Source: Candidatus Gastranaerophilales bacterium (lineage in GTDB: Bacteria > Cyanobacteriota > Vampirovibrionia > Gastranaerophilales > Gastranaerophilaceae). From it: a stretch of DNA of 64,000 nucleotides. The stretch covers positions 1,271 through 65,270 of the forward strand of contig CAJOJP010000001.1 of the NCBI GenBank assembly GCA_905234915.1. The letters run 5' to 3'. The translations under genes were made by a program, and so were the position numbers. The notes under the pieces were generated by a model that had not been told where the DNA came from, made no database searches, and saw only the letters and a program-made list of their open reading frames with translations. The first letter of the stretch is position 1, and each line of letters opens with the position of its first letter. This document shows, piece after piece, positions 39,930 to 49,583 of the stretch.

Positions 39930-42761
39930 TTATCTTTTTGATAACATTTCAAGAACATTTGTTGAGTTTACTTTTTTATTTGAATTTAAGTTATCCTGCT
40001 GTTCTTTAGGCAATCTGTCTTTTAACGGTTTTTTACCCGTTAATAATCTCATAAATTCAAAATATTTTCCGGTAAATCCCGTTCTGTTTTCGTTTTCTCT
40101 ATCCATTTCATTTAATTCGTCAATAGTTTTTCTTCCGATAGGCATACCGATAGATGAACGCATAAGAACTTCCGTTGTAATGGTATTTGGAACGGCAACT
40201 GACGCCATACCTGTTAATGAACTGTTGTACGTACTTCTAAATGTTGCATTAAACCAATTAATAAATAATGCCTGATAGAATAATCCGCTCAATCTTTGAA
40301 TAATACGCTCATTTGCTTTTTCTTTTGCTTCTTCGCTATCTTCTCCGTTTGTTTTTATCATTACCATATTATAATTATCGGCTACCAAAAATGCCGAGGT
40401 TACCGTTGATGATGCAAGTTTTGACATTAATGCCAAATCGGTATTTTTATTACTTGATTGAGTAATTCCGTTAAAAGATTTTCCGACCGAGTCATTTATA
40501 TAATCAGTAAGTTTTTGTTTTTCAACTTCGGCTGCTTTAGTTAATTTAGCGATTTCCGCTTTGCTTTTACCTGCTTTTACTGCATCTTGGAGTGCTTTTT
40601 CCGCTTTTCTGTAGGGTAGTGTTTTCTTCTCCAGCTGTTCCATCGCATTAGCAAATACATCCTGGCTGAGTTTTCTTGTTTTAACGTCTTCTTCGCCGAA
40701 AATTTCCGTTATGACTCTATGTACACCCTGTTCAAATTTAGAAAGTTCAGCTTTTCCTAATGCCGCTTCAGCTGCCTTCATTTCAACAGGCTTAACTATA
40801 AGGTTTATCCCTGATTTTGCAAATTTAAAAGGCAATCTTGCAGCTGAATATATAAACTTAAACGGTTCTGTTATTATATCAACGAAGGGTCTTATTTTTG
40901 TATCGATTTTTATTGTTTCTTTTTTTGCATTATTGTTTATTTCTTCCGTAACGGTTTGAGTCAATTTTTTTATTTGTTCCTCATTTAAGTTAACTTTTTT
41001 ATTCTTTATAATTTCCATAGCTTTTTTAGCTGCCTTAGCAGAATTATTTTCGGCAATATCCGCTTCTGACTGCTTTATAGCTGTTTTTAGTGCTTCTTCA
41101 ATTATTTTAGCTTCATTACCGGTTAAAGAATTATTAAGATTTTTTGCTTGTTCAAGTGTCTTTTCAATAACTTTTTGTCTGCCTGACGAATTTAATGATG
41201 ACTTAAACAATTTAATCATGCCGTTTTCTGCCATAGCGGAATATTTGCCTTTTATAAAATCATGACCTTCCGCTACTTTTTCTCCGCCTGCCTGTTTTAA
41301 GCTGTTTATCACGCTGTTATATGTTTCTTCTGTTATTTCAAAATCTTTTTTTGCTAATCTATTGTATATGTTTTTCTTTAGATATTTTCCGGCATCGCTT
41401 ACAGTTGTGATTAATGCCGAATTTTTAGTTAATGAACTGTTTTTTAAAAAATTTAATCCGAAGAAAGTACCTGTCAAAATAATTACACCCTGTTTGAAAG
41501 TACTAAAGTTCATTAAGGCTTTCTTTTGCTCTTTCTTCTTATCTTTCCCACCTGCTGAACTGAAAGAAGCAATTGAAGCAGGACTTGATAACTTATTAAA
41601 TCCTTTAAATACGCTTGTTTCAGGTTCCAAATTCAATAAATTTGTTGTATTTACAGCTTTTGTGGATTTCTTGTCAGTTTGAGGATTTGACAAAACAGTA
41701 TCTTGATTATTATTTGCATTTTTTGACGCAAGTTTTTGATTGTATTCCTGCGCCGTATCTTTTGAAAGGAAGAATACGGGTTTGCCTATTTTGTGCCTTG
41801 AAAAAATTTCAGAAACAAATACTGTAGCAGCTGAAGTTACAGGAGCAAACCACTGAATTGTATTAACCTGCTTTGTAAAAGCCCCAAAGGTCAAAAGTTG
41901 AATATATGCCGTTGTACAAATTCTTATAATTTCCTGTTTTGTTCTTTCATCAGCTTCTTTTTCAGAATCTTCCTTTTTATCTCCGCATAAAACAGAAAGA
42001 TTATATGCATCATTTGCAAGAAAAGCTACCGGAATTGCACCTGTAATAAGTCTGTTTAAGGGTCTTTCGTATGCTGTATTAAAATTTCCCGTATGTTTAT
42101 CAAAAAATTTATTTCCGACTTTATATAAATTTTCTTTTATATTGTCATTTGCTTCTTGTATTAATTTAGCTTTATCAGCATGTTTTTCGGGATTAGCAAG
42201 AATTTTTAATAATTCAGCCTCCTCCATATTTTTTTCTTTAGCAAAATTTTTAATCGTCTGCTGAGTTTTTTCAAACATGCCTTTCAGCATATCTGTTTTT
42301 GAATCCATTTCATTTAATTTTCTGGGAATTCTAAAAATTGGTTTTTTGTATAAACTCTCAGCCGTATTTTTTAAAAAAGGAATTTTTTGTGCTTGTTTTA
42401 ATAATGCGCTTGCACCGTATAAAGGCAGGGTTATAAACGGAAATACAATATTTTCAACTAATGAGCGTCCGACTTTTTTATCTTTAATCGAACTAATGGA
42501 AAGAGCTCCGTTTTCTATAGTAAATCTGGAGCTCTTTCTTAAAATATCCGGTTCATTTTCTCTCGTTAATTTGTGTAATTTTTCCCCCATTCTCTCGCCT
42601 ATACTGCCATAATGGTTTGCAAACACTTTCATTATCTGCTCGTTAGGTCCTTTAAAAACACCTTTAAAAGAAGGTCTATAGGAGGATTTTTGTTGTAAAA
42701 TACCATTTTGGCTTAATTTTGTTAACGATATATTACTTTTATCGGGGATAGTTGTTGTCAT
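39930..42761 (-). CDS. large hypothetical protein with an internal duplication and an N-terminal PSFKGV motif
   Basis: 943-aa ORF with a GAGGA RBS. Two homologous hydrophobic modules sit at residues ~240-335 and ~789-877, separated by a Lys/Glu-rich helical region. Confidence 0.5.
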   Translation of the reverse strand: MTTTIPDKSNISLTKLSQNGILQQKSSYRPSFKGVFKGPNEQIMKVFANHYGSIGERMGEKLHKLTRENEPDILRKSSRFTIENGALSISSIKDKKVGRSLVENIVFPFITLPLYGASALLKQAQKIPFLKNTAESLYKKPIFRIPRKLNEMDSKTDMLKGMFEKTQQTIKNFAKEKNMEEAELLKILANPEKHADKAKLIQEANDNIKENLYKVGNKFFDKHTGNFNTAYERPLNRLITGAIPVAFLANDAYNLSVLCGDKKEDSEKEADERTKQEIIRICTTAYIQLLTFGAFTKQVNTIQWFAPVTSAATVFVSEIFSRHKIGKPVFFLSKDTAQEYNQKLASKNANNNQDTVLSNPQTDKKSTKAVNTTNLLNLEPETSVFKGFNKLSSPASIASFSSAGGKDKKKEQKKALMNFSTFKQGVIILTGTFFGLNFLKNSSLTKNSALITTVSDAGKYLKKNIYNRLAKKDFEITEETYNSVINSLKQAGGEKVAEGHDFIKGKYSAMAENGMIKLFKSSLNSSGRQKVIEKTLEQAKNLNNSLTGNEAKIIEEALKTAIKQSEADIAENNSAKAAKKAMEIIKNKKVNLNEEQIKKLTQTVTEEINNNAKKETIKIDTKIRPFVDIITEPFKFIYSAARLPFKFAKSGINLIVKPVEMKAAEAALGKAELSKFEQGVHRVITEIFGEEDVKTRKLSQDVFANAMEQLEKKTLPYRKAEKALQDAVKAGKSKAEIAKLTKAAEVEKQKLTDYINDSVGKSFNGITQSSNKNTDLALMSKLASSTVTSAFLVADNYNMVMIKTNGEDSEEAKEKANERIIQRLSGLFYQALFINWFNATFRSTYNSSLTGMASVAVPNTITTEVLMRSSIGMPIGRKTIDELNEMDRENENRTGFTGKYFEFMRLLTGKKPLKDRLPKEQQDNLNSNKKVNSTNVLEMLSKR

Positions 42762-42854
42762 GTTTATTCCTCTTATCTCGGATTGTATTTCCGTATGATT
42801 TAAAAATTAAAAAAAAAAATTTTTGTCATTTTTAAATCAAAATGTTAAAATTTG

Positions 42855-43607
42855 TTATTCCGGATATCTTGATACTGCATGCAAAAGCATTTTAGCCAGT
42901 TTATCGGCACCTTCAAAATTTCTTGCTTTTATTTTGGAACTTGCTTCTTCAACGTTATAAGCTGAAAATTCGTGTTCAATTTCAAAAGAAGAAGTTTCTT
43001 CATTTATATCCATAACAGCGAAGCAGGAATCGGGAGTTTTTGAAAAAGGTCTGCCTACGCTGCCAACATTAACGACTGTTTGATTTGTATTTGTTTGGTA
43101 ACCGCAGGGCATGTGAGTATGCCCGCAGAATATTACATCTGCATCCGTACCTTTTATCATTTCTTCAACTTCTTCAAGTTTCATATCGGGATATATATTT
43201 TCATTATTTTGTCTTGGGGAACCGTGAACAAGCAAAATTTTTATCCCGAACAATTCTATACGCATTATTTCGGGTAAATCAGCCAAAAATTTTTTTTCCG
43301 CCGAATCCAATAACTGGCTGTCCGCAAGATATGCCGCCCCCATTACAATATTCATTTCACACAGAGAATTATATGTTTCAAAAGAAAATACAGACAGCAT
43401 TTTGTCTGTATTGCCCTGAATTATATAAAAATCTTCCGTTTTCATAAGTTCTTTAATTTTTTTTATGGTTTCTTTAGGCTCGGGACCGGCCATTGCTATA
43501 TCGCCTAAACAAAATATCTTAGTACAGCCTTTTTGCTTTATTTTTTCCAAAACACTTTCAAGTGCATCTAAATTCCCATGTATATCTGATATAACCGCAA
43601 TCTTCAT
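42855..43607 (-). CDS. metallophosphoesterase family protein (YfcE-like)
   Basis: DIHGN, GDIA, GNTD and GHTH motifs in order. Confidence 0.8.
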   Translation of the reverse strand: MKIAVISDIHGNLDALESVLEKIKQKGCTKIFCLGDIAMAGPEPKETIKKIKELMKTEDFYIIQGNTDKMLSVFSFETYNSLCEMNIVMGAAYLADSQLLDSAEKKFLADLPEIMRIELFGIKILLVHGSPRQNNENIYPDMKLEEVEEMIKGTDADVIFCGHTHMPCGYQTNTNQTVVNVGSVGRPFSKTPDSCFAVMDINEETSSFEIEHEFSAYNVEEASSKIKARNFEGADKLAKMLLHAVSRYPE

Positions 43608-43798
43608 TTTATTTTCCTAACATTCTCATTCCCATAATAATGATATCAGGAACAAAAAAATAATGCGAAAACACATTTATATTAAATTTTTATTTTTAAT
43701 TTATAACATTCTTTTTATAAATAATAAGCACAATAGATTTACTAATGCATAAAATTTAAAATAATGTTTAATTAATACGGTAAGAGAGGTTTAATTTT

Positions 43799-44488
43799 AT
43801 GCCGAAATATATAAAATTTTTATCCGTGTTACTTGTACTTTCTGTTTCTTGCATAAGCGGATTTATGATAAATAATGAAGTTTATTCTAAAGATGATTAT
43901 AAAAGCGATGAAGTTATTAACGTTAGTGTTTATGAAAGAATTAATCCAGCCATCGTACTTGTGGAAGCACAGCTTTTAGACGGAATTTCTTCGGGAACCG
44001 GATGTATTATAAACAGTAAAGGAGTTATTTTAACAAGCTCGCATGTTGTGGATAAATCCTCATATATAGAAGTTACAACCTCAAAAGGAGAAACATATAA
44101 AGCCGCATTGATAGAAACAAACAATCAGGAAGGTGATCTTGCTCTATTGCAAATCAAGCCTCAAAAACCTTTGCCTACCATAAAATTGGGAGATTCATCA
44201 CTTGTTAAAGTCGGTCAAAAAGTACTTGCAATAGGTAATCCTTTTGGCTTTAACGGAACACTTACTACAGGAATTGTATCAAGAATTGACTATGAAAGAA
44301 ATAAAATTCAAACTGATGCTGCTATTAATCCCGGTTCCTCGGGAGGCCCAATTCTAAATGCTAACGGAGAAGTTATAGGAATAAGCCAATCAATTTTTAA
44401 TCCCGATAATAACAAATCCAATATCGGCATAGGATTTGCCGTTCCGGCTAACGAAGTTAAAAAACTTGTAAAAGATTATATTAAATAA
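43799..44488 (+). CDS. trypsin-like serine protease (S1C, HtrA-like catalytic domain without PDZ)
   Basis: Signal/anchor sequence, His block ILTSSHVV, Asp block DLALLQI and Ser block NPGSSGGP. Confidence 0.8.
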   Translation: MPKYIKFLSVLLVLSVSCISGFMINNEVYSKDDYKSDEVINVSVYERINPAIVLVEAQLLDGISSGTGCIINSKGVILTSSHVVDKSSYIEVTTSKGETYKAALIETNNQEGDLALLQIKPQKPLPTIKLGDSSLVKVGQKVLAIGNPFGFNGTLTTGIVSRIDYERNKIQTDAAINPGSSGGPILNANGEVIGISQSIFNPDNNKSNIGIGFAVPANEVKKLVKDYIK

Positions 44489-44566
44489 ATTTATATTAAT
44501 ATTATTGCTTTGAATGTTCCTTTTTGTGTAAAATACAGAATGAGGGGATTTTCAACGGGTGATAAA

Positions 44567-45766
44567 ATGACAAAAAAAAGAAGAACAGTTATAACTTTAT
44601 TATCGTTAATCGGTTTAATACTGGCTATTGAGCTTTGCGTTGTTTACTACAATGCAAATTTTGCTCACGATGCAAAACCGAGTATATGTGCAATAAATGA
44701 TATGATGGATTGTGACGGGGTTGCAAGAACTTCATATTCTCAGTTTTTAGGGATACCTCTGTCTTTATGGGGTGTTTGTCTTTATTTGTTTTTCCTTTTT
44801 ATGACTTTTACCGATAAACTTAAAAATATAAAATATTTAGGTTTTTTAAAAATATTCAAAAATCCAATGTCATACATTTTTTGCATAAGCTTATTATCTT
44901 TTATAATTTCCATGATTTTAGGCGGTATTTCCGTATTCAAAATAAATGCAATTTGTATTTTCTGTTTTATGACTTACTTTATTGATTTGTTAATTGCTCT
45001 AAGTTCTAAAACAAAAGGTATATCTGTAACAGAAGAAATAAAAATAAGTTTTAACGACTTTTTGGAAGCAGTTAAAATCAAAAAATATGCTTATTTGTTA
45101 ATTGTATTAATTCTTGCAAGTATTTCCGTTTTAACTTATACAACGGTATCCAATGTATTTTCTCCTCAAATTGCGAAGCAGCAGGAACTAAAGCGTTCTT
45201 TTAAGCTTGACGGGATAAAAGCAGATAAAAATACTCTTGGAAATGAAAATGCCTCACTGCAAATTGATGAATATATGGACTACAATTGCGGCGGATGTTT
45301 TATTGCTCAAGTTTATCTGCACAGAATTGTATCAGAATTTGAAAATATAAGAATAATACAGCATAACGTTCCTTTGGATGCATCATGTAATTCTAATATT
45401 AAAGACGGAGGCGGACATAAAAATTCCTGCTTAAAAGCAAGGTATGCTCTTGCTGCAGCAAAACAAAATAAATACTGGCACTTAGGTCAAGCTTTATTTA
45501 ATTCTGATGTAGAAAACGAAAAAGATATTATTGAAGCAGCCAGACTTCTTGATATTGATGTAAAAAAATTAAAAGATGATGCTAATAGCGAAGCTGTGAA
45601 AAAAGAACTTGCAGATTCTATAAAAAATGCGGACTCAAAAGGTGTAACCGGTACTCCTACCTTATTTATCGGTGTAAAACAAATGGTTGGAGTAGGTACT
45701 TATCCTGAATTTGTAAAAGCTATTATTGCTCAAGGCGGAATAAAAAAACCTGAAAATGAAAAATAA
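44567..45766 (+). CDS. vitamin K epoxide reductase (VKOR)-DsbA/thioredoxin-like fusion protein
   Basis: VKOR loop cysteines (CAINDMMDC) and a membrane CIFC motif, followed by a DsbA-like domain with CGGC. The start was chosen at the ATG at 44567; the track ORF starts at a TTG at 44510. Confidence 0.7.
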   Translation: MTKKRRTVITLLSLIGLILAIELCVVYYNANFAHDAKPSICAINDMMDCDGVARTSYSQFLGIPLSLWGVCLYLFFLFMTFTDKLKNIKYLGFLKIFKNPMSYIFCISLLSFIISMILGGISVFKINAICIFCFMTYFIDLLIALSSKTKGISVTEEIKISFNDFLEAVKIKKYAYLLIVLILASISVLTYTTVSNVFSPQIAKQQELKRSFKLDGIKADKNTLGNENASLQIDEYMDYNCGGCFIAQVYLHRIVSEFENIRIIQHNVPLDASCNSNIKDGGGHKNSCLKARYALAAAKQNKYWHLGQALFNSDVENEKDIIEAARLLDIDVKKLKDDANSEAVKKELADSIKNADSKGVTGTPTLFIGVKQMVGVGTYPEFVKAIIAQGGIKKPENEK

Positions 45767-46298
45767 AGTTCTTCTTCATGCCTGCTGCGCAATATGTGCA
45801 GCTTATCCTATTGATTTACTAAGAGAAATGGAATATGAGCCTATAGTTTATTTTTTTAATCCGAATATTTTTCCTTCGGAAGAATTTGAAAGAAGATTAT
45901 CCGAACTGATAAGATATACACAAAAAAAGAAAGTTAAATTAATTATAGACAAACCTGCTTCTTCTGATTGGTATAAATTTATTTCGGGGTTTGAAAATGA
46001 GCCGGAAAAAGGAAAAAGATGCTCATTGTGTTTTAAATACAGACTTATGAACACCGCATTAAAAGCATTAGAACTGGAAATTACACAATTTACAACCACT
46101 TTAACCGTTAGCCCGCATAAAAATTCTAAAGTGATTTTTGAAATAGCAAAAGAAATTGCAAATAAAAATAAACTTGAATTTTTGGATATTGATTTTAAAA
46201 AGAAAGATGGTTTCTTAAAATCAATGAAAATAGCAAAAGAAGAAAATTTTTACAGACAAAATTATTGCGGCTGTGAATTCAGCGTTAAAAAGGTTTAA
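45756..46298 (+). CDS. queH: epoxyqueuosine reductase QueH (DUF208)
   Basis: LLHACCAICAAYP, CSLCFKYRL and NYCGCEFS cysteine blocks typical of QueH. Confidence 0.8.
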   Translation: MKNKVLLHACCAICAAYPIDLLREMEYEPIVYFFNPNIFPSEEFERRLSELIRYTQKKKVKLIIDKPASSDWYKFISGFENEPEKGKRCSLCFKYRLMNTALKALELEITQFTTTLTVSPHKNSKVIFEIAKEIANKNKLEFLDIDFKKKDGFLKSMKIAKEENFYRQNYCGCEFSVKKV

Positions 46299-46320
46299 AT
46301 TTCTTGCAGTTAATGAAAAG

Positions 46321-47178
46321 TTAAATCATTAATTTTTTCGGTTGTACAAAATTTTCTCTAACTATAGCAAGTGCAGTCAAGCTTCCGTTATGTGTTAATA
46401 ATATCTCATTTTCCGCATTAAAACGATTTTTAATTTTATTTCCGTGTATGATTATTTCTTTTTCTTTTTCTGTTATCTCAAAATAAGGAAATGACAATAA
46501 TTTAACAGGATTTATTAAAAATTTTTCTATATCTTCTTTTGTCAGTTCATCACTCAAAGCTAATGAGTTTTTTAATTCCATAGCTCCCGCTTCAACTCTT
46601 GTAAGTTCAAACATAACCGCACCTGTATTTAGAGCTTCTCCTATGTCATTTACAATTGTTCTTATATAAGTTCCCTTAGAACAAGAAATATCAAGTTTTA
46701 ATTTTTGAGTTTTTTGATTAAATTCTATTATATCATTTTTATAAACAGTTATTAATCTTGAAGGAATATCCTCGGGAATTTTACCGTTTCTGGCAAGTTC
46801 GTAAAGTCTTTTTCCGTTATAATGTACAGCCGAATAAACAGGCGGAACCTGTTTTATTTCACCTCTAAATAACGGAAGAATTTTTTCTATCCGTTCTAAA
46901 GTAACAATATTACTGCTTAAAGTTTCAATATTTCCTTCTATATCAAAAGTATCAGACCTTTTTCCGAATTCTAAACCTGCAATATATCTCTTATCAGAAG
47001 GTAAATAATCAATTAAAGCTGCAGCTTTTCCGATTGCAACAGGCAGAACCCCGGAAGCTAACGGGTCAAGAGTTCCTGCATGACCAATTCTTTTTATTCC
47101 GGTAATTTTGCGTAATAAAGAAATTACTTTATGCGAGGTTATGCCGGAGGGCTTATTTATATTCAGAAATCCAATCAT
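46321..47178 (-). CDS. truB: tRNA pseudouridine(55) synthase
   Basis: KPSGITSHKVISLLRK and GHAGTLDPLASGVLP (catalytic Asp). Confidence 0.9.
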   Translation of the reverse strand: MIGFLNINKPSGITSHKVISLLRKITGIKRIGHAGTLDPLASGVLPVAIGKAAALIDYLPSDKRYIAGLEFGKRSDTFDIEGNIETLSSNIVTLERIEKILPLFRGEIKQVPPVYSAVHYNGKRLYELARNGKIPEDIPSRLITVYKNDIIEFNQKTQKLKLDISCSKGTYIRTIVNDIGEALNTGAVMFELTRVEAGAMELKNSLALSDELTKEDIEKFLINPVKLLSFPYFEITEKEKEIIIHGNKIKNRFNAENEILLTHNGSLTALAIVRENFVQPKKLMI

Positions 47179-47182
47179 GATT

Positions 47183-47330
47183 TTATTCTTTACAGTACTT
47201 TTTTACATAATCATTAATAAGCTTAGTACCCGGATTTTCTGCCGTACGATTTTGCTCCTGTGCTAAAAATTTGAATTTTTCAAAAATTTCATTGTCAACA
47301 AGCAGTACAAACCTTTTTTTCTTCTGACAT
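47183..47330 (-). pseudogene. small ribbon-helix-helix (CopG/Arc-like) gene interrupted by a 1-nt frame shift in an A7 tract
   Basis: The ATG at 47330 opens an 11-codon frame. The adjacent frame reads (K)RFVLLVDNEIFEKFKFLAQEQNRTAENPGTKLINDYVKKYCKE and stops 4 nt before the truB ATG, but it has no start codon. Removing one A from the run at 47314-47320 joins them into a 48-aa ORF. Confidence 0.35.
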
Positions 47331-47359
47331 ATAAAATCCTTTTGTTAAACAAAATTCTA

Positions 47360-47386
47360 CTTAATTACAAATTTATTGTAATTAAG
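47360..47386. promoter_or_regulatory. perfect inverted repeat CTTAATTACAA-N5-TTGTAATTAAG upstream of the small RHH ORF (candidate operator or hairpin)
   Basis: Read directly from the sequence; it lies 30 nt upstream of the ATG at 47330 on the minus strand. Confidence 0.5.
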
Positions 47387-47519
47387 TTAGCATAACAATT
47401 ACAATAAAACAAGATATAAATCAAAAAAAGTACTGCATGTCATAGTTCAAATAATATAATTGTCTTTATCCGTGTAAAATAAATTTAAAACATAAAGTCT
47501 ATTGCGAAACATAGTTTTC

Positions 47520-48725
47520 CTAAGTCAAATCTTTATTTACTATCGTGCAAACAACTGAATCTGACCAAACATTTTCCATTGTTTCAACCATGTCAATTAC
47601 TGTATAAATAGGAAGTATTAAGCCTAAAAGACCTAAAGGAGCACTAATTGATGACATAAGAGATAGTGTAAGGAAGTAACACCCCATAGGAACTCCGGCA
47701 TTACCTATTGCGGCAAAAACCGAAATAAACAGCCATAAAATCATTGTTCCTGAAGTTAATTCAAAACCAGCATTGTTCATTACAAAAAGCGAGGTAATTA
47801 AAATAAATGCGGCACATCCGTTCATATTTACGGTTGTACATACAGGCAATACAAATCTTGATATTTGAGGATTAATATTAAGATTATTTTCACTGCAGCT
47901 TAATGTAACCGGTAATGTTCCGGCGGAACTCTTTGTAAAAAATGCTGTAATTAGAGCCGGAAGCATTTTTTTTAATGTAATAAAAGGGTTAATGCCTTTT
48001 AAAAATAAAATAAAAGGAAGAATAATAAATATCTGTATTAAATTTCCACCTAAAACAATTAAAGTATATTTGCCTAATGCACCGATGGCAGAACCGTTTA
48101 TAATCTCGGAGGCAAGCTGTGCAGCAAAAGAAGCAATCCCCAGTGGCAGAATTTTAATTAAACCTTTAATTAAAGTGAATAATAACTCTTGAAATCCGTA
48201 TATAACTTTTATAAGAGCCGTTTTATTTTCATTCTCCTCTATAAAAGATAAACTTATGCCAAAAGCAGCTGAAATCAAAATAACAGATAATACATTCCCC
48301 GAAATTAAAGGCTGTAAAAGATTATTCGGAACAATAGATAAAAGATGCTCATAATAAGTCAAAGAAGGAACGGAAATAGTTTGAACAGCACTATCAATAA
48401 CTATTTTATCAGGTGTAAATAATAGGTATAAAATAAGTCCGGTTAAAGCTGCCAAAAATGTTGTTAAAACAGTATAAAAAACAGTATGTTTAAAAATCAG
48501 CCCCGTATTTTTTCCTTCTGAAAGCTTTGATAAGGCAGTTATAACAGAAATCGCAATAACAGGAGCTGCTATAAATTGAAATAATCTTGTAAAAATATTT
48601 GACGTAAAATTAAAAAATCCGTTCAAAATATCAATATTTAAACATCCTAAAAAAGTTCCGGACACTAAAGCTATAATCCATATTAATATTTGAGGAAATG
48701 ATGTATTTTTTTTTGAGTGTTCCAT
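47520..48725 (-). CDS. dicarboxylate/amino acid:cation symporter family protein (SstT-like)
   Basis: TKSSAGTLPVT and VNMNG re-entrant loop motifs, 401 aa. Confidence 0.8.
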   Translation of the reverse strand: MEHSKKNTSFPQILIWIIALVSGTFLGCLNIDILNGFFNFTSNIFTRLFQFIAAPVIAISVITALSKLSEGKNTGLIFKHTVFYTVLTTFLAALTGLILYLLFTPDKIVIDSAVQTISVPSLTYYEHLLSIVPNNLLQPLISGNVLSVILISAAFGISLSFIEENENKTALIKVIYGFQELLFTLIKGLIKILPLGIASFAAQLASEIINGSAIGALGKYTLIVLGGNLIQIFIILPFILFLKGINPFITLKKMLPALITAFFTKSSAGTLPVTLSCSENNLNINPQISRFVLPVCTTVNMNGCAAFILITSLFVMNNAGFELTSGTMILWLFISVFAAIGNAGVPMGCYFLTLSLMSSISAPLGLLGLILPIYTVIDMVETMENVWSDSVVCTIVNKDLT

Positions 48726-48769
48726 AATTCTTATTTTTCTGTTTTAATTATATATCTCTTTACTTTTAT

Positions 48770-48804
48770 TATAAAAGTCCTGTAATAATTTTTATTACAG
48801 GACT
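48770..48804 (-). terminator. rho-independent terminator after pth
   Basis: AGTCCTGTAAT-N7-ATTACAGGACT stem, followed on the minus strand by TTTTATAAT. Confidence 0.65.
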
Positions 48805-48919
48805 GTATTACATTTTTAGTACTGAAAGTTATATTTACGTAGCATTTGCGGAAAAATCCCGCCTTTTTTATATAAAGGCAATCAAATTTGACATTTATCT
48901 TATTGATTACTTATTTTAA

Positions 48920-49480
48920 TTAATTGTACTTATTCTGTACTTTTGATATTCCAACCTCACAGTATTCTAAAAATGCATCTACACTTAAATTTATTATATC
49001 ATTTAACTGTATTTTTTGTTCATGAGAAAAATTTTGTAATACAAAATCTTCAGATTTCATCATTGAAGGCTGAGGACCTATACCTATTTTTAATCTGTCA
49101 AATTCTTGTGTTGAAGCATGCTTAATTATAGACTTTATTCCATTGTGACCGCCATCGGAGCCTTTAGCGCGAAATCTTATTTTCCCTAAATCAAGAGATA
49201 TATCATCATAAACAACAAATAAATTTTTAATATCAATTTTATAAAAATTTTTTAATGCATAAAGAGCTTCTCCTGATAAATTCATATATGTCTGCGGTTT
49301 TACAATCCAAAGAGCTTCATTTTTATAATCGCATTTTGCAATATGAGCTTTGAATTTAGCTTCATTTGAAAAAGATGTACCGATTTTTAAAGCAAGGGCA
49401 TCTGCAAATATAAATCCTGCATTATGCCTTGTATTTTTATATCCTTCCCCCGGATTTCCCAAACAAAATATTATTTTCAA
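48920..49480 (-). CDS. pth: peptidyl-tRNA hydrolase
   Basis: LGNPGEGYKNTRHNAGF N-terminal block and the GHNG block. Confidence 0.9.
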   Translation of the reverse strand: MKIIFCLGNPGEGYKNTRHNAGFIFADALALKIGTSFSNEAKFKAHIAKCDYKNEALWIVKPQTYMNLSGEALYALKNFYKIDIKNLFVVYDDISLDLGKIRFRAKGSDGGHNGIKSIIKHASTQEFDRLKIGIGPQPSMMKSEDFVLQNFSHEQKIQLNDIINLSVDAFLEYCEVGISKVQNKYN

Positions 49481-49583
49481 TTATTTACTCCTTCTTTTTT
49501 TATTATCCCACATTTTTATTCAACTTACCAATTAAATTATTTTAATTGCGATAAATCATTATAAAGAAACAGGAGATAATATT

